NCBI GenBank assembly: GCA_902384455.1
Contig: CABMCB010000011.1
Span: 18,090 to 50,089 of the forward strand
Length of the DNA stretch: 32,000 bases
Origin: an uncultured archaeon
Lineage (GTDB): Archaea; Altiarchaeota; Altiarchaeia; IMC4; SCGC-AAA252-I15
Reading direction: 5' to 3'
The notes under the pieces are model-generated. The model worked only from the letters and a program-made list of their open reading frames with translations, ran no database searches and was not told the origin of the DNA. Shown in pieces: positions 31,331-32,000 of the stretch (positions within the stretch are counted from its first letter, which is position 1; each line of letters begins with the position of its first letter). A program made the position numbers and the translations under genes.

Positions 31331-32000
31331 ATGGCGTCCGAAACAAAGAAAGACAAACCAGAAGAAGGCAACGGCGAAACGCCAGCCGAAAAAGGAAAAA
31401 AGAAAAGCATATACTTCTGGTTCGTAGTAGGCGTACTGATAGTCACAATCGGCTTTGGAACATACACCCTAATGAAACCCAAAACAACGGAAACCACAAT
31501 AGCAGGCATAAAAATAATAGCCGAAACACCAATCACAGACCTGATAGGACAAAAAGACGTGTTCATAGGCCAACAAACAGACCCCTCCGCCCTAACATGC
31601 GCATTCGAAATATCCGCCGTAAGCAACATAGTCCGCCAAGGATACCGCATAGACATCGCCTACGGAGACACAGGAGTCTACATAAGAAAAGACGGCACAA
31701 CAATCCGCGGCCGCACCCCAAACGACCTGCTTAACGCATGCCACGCCTTCCTGTGCGCAAGAGACCAAATTGAGTGCCCCGACAACTTCGACCGCATAAA
31801 GGCCATCGTTTATTCTGCGCCCAAACTTAACGCAGTAGTAGACTCGAACCTCTCATCCAACGCAACCCGAAACTACCCTGAACTGATGGGCGTATTAGGT
31901 TACGTTCAAGCTCAGCGCGCAGACACCAACGGCGACGGAGTACTAAACCAAACGGAGATAAGCGAAAACACGGTGTACATATTCCCCTACCTCCAAGACG
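31331..32000 (+). CDS. Partial CDS (runs off the right edge): N-terminally anchored protein with an EF-hand/dockerin-like Ca-binding loop
   Basis: Own translation from the ATG at 31331 gives 223 codons with no stop: MASETKKDKPEEGNGETPAEKGKKKSIYFWFVVGVLIVTIGFGTYTL...ADTNGDGVLNQTEISENTVYIFPYLQD. It has a charged N-terminus, one TM, four Cys, and a DxNxDGxxxxxE loop at 31922-31957. It is not in the ORF track because it lacks a stop. The listed antisense ORF 31303..31656 is rejected. Confidence 0.6.
   Translation, partial: MASETKKDKPEEGNGETPAEKGKKKSIYFWFVVGVLIVTIGFGTYTLMKPKTTETTIAGIKIIAETPITDLIGQKDVFIGQQTDPSALTCAFEISAVSNIVRQGYRIDIAYGDTGVYIRKDGTTIRGRTPNDLLNACHAFLCARDQIECPDNFDRIKAIVYSAPKLNAVVDSNLSSNATRNYPELMGVLGYVQAQRADTNGDGVLNQTEISENTVYIFPYLQD

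Noticed and set aside
31303-31656. A 117-aa minus-strand ORF listed in the track.
   Set aside because: The opposite strand carries a longer open frame (31331 to the window end). That frame has a sensible architecture (charged N-terminus, TM, ectodomain with an EF-hand-like loop) and codon usage matching its neighbours. The minus-strand ORF is judged an antisense artefact.

Overview
The window is an archaeal chromosomal segment. Archaea-type markers include aTrm56, eS17, eL40, eS19, eL24, eS28, L7Ae, Pth2, type-II 3-dehydroquinate synthase, RtcB, and an initiator tRNA with an A1:U72 pair. Gene packing is very tight: most gaps are under 130 nt, several start/stop codons overlap by 4 nt, and convergent genes sit 0-13 nt apart. 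This suggests a small, streamlined genome, possibly DPANN-like, but that is inference only.

Layout:
- (a) 1-9009: a surface-glycan or N-glycosylation-type island. It holds a Wzx-like flippase, a pair of small ArnE/ArnF-like 4-TM proteins, an orphan polytopic membrane protein, two GT4 glycosyltransferases, an FkbM methyltransferase, a GHMP sugar kinase and an AglH/WecA-like initiating phosphotransferase.
- (b) 9075-12691: tRNA-Gly(GCC), SppA, eS17, a translationally coupled pair (membrane-anchored OB-fold protein plus Cas4-like Fe-S nuclease), a small basic protein, eL40 and initiator tRNA-Met.
- (c) 12.8-17.3 kb: a large GT-C-like membrane protein, a metallophosphoesterase, an anchored DUF4350-like surface protein and a hypothetical protein.
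- (d) 17.3-19.5 kb: a six-gene operon L7Ae-eS28-eL24-Ndk-eS19-PDCD5-like, with a candidate K-turn in the L7Ae leader.
- (e) 19.6-32 kb: GluRS, DUF1015, Pth2, an SD-coupled operon (KaiC-like ATPase, DHQ synthase II, anchored cyclophilin, MBL hydrolase), a membrane-anchored protein with a diverged lytic-transglycosylase (SLT)-like motif set, RtcB, a membrane-fused spermidine-synthase-like protein, and a right-edge partial ORF missing from the ORF track.

I found no CRISPR array, no transposase or integrase, and no rRNA.

The most unusual signal is compositional. The plus strand alternates between G+T-rich and A+C-rich blocks of about 0.2-7 kb. The block borders ignore gene borders and gene orientation. 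Third codon positions flip between a G/T-ending and an A/C-ending usage, sometimes inside a single gene.

All homology calls rest on motif recognition from memory. No searches were run.
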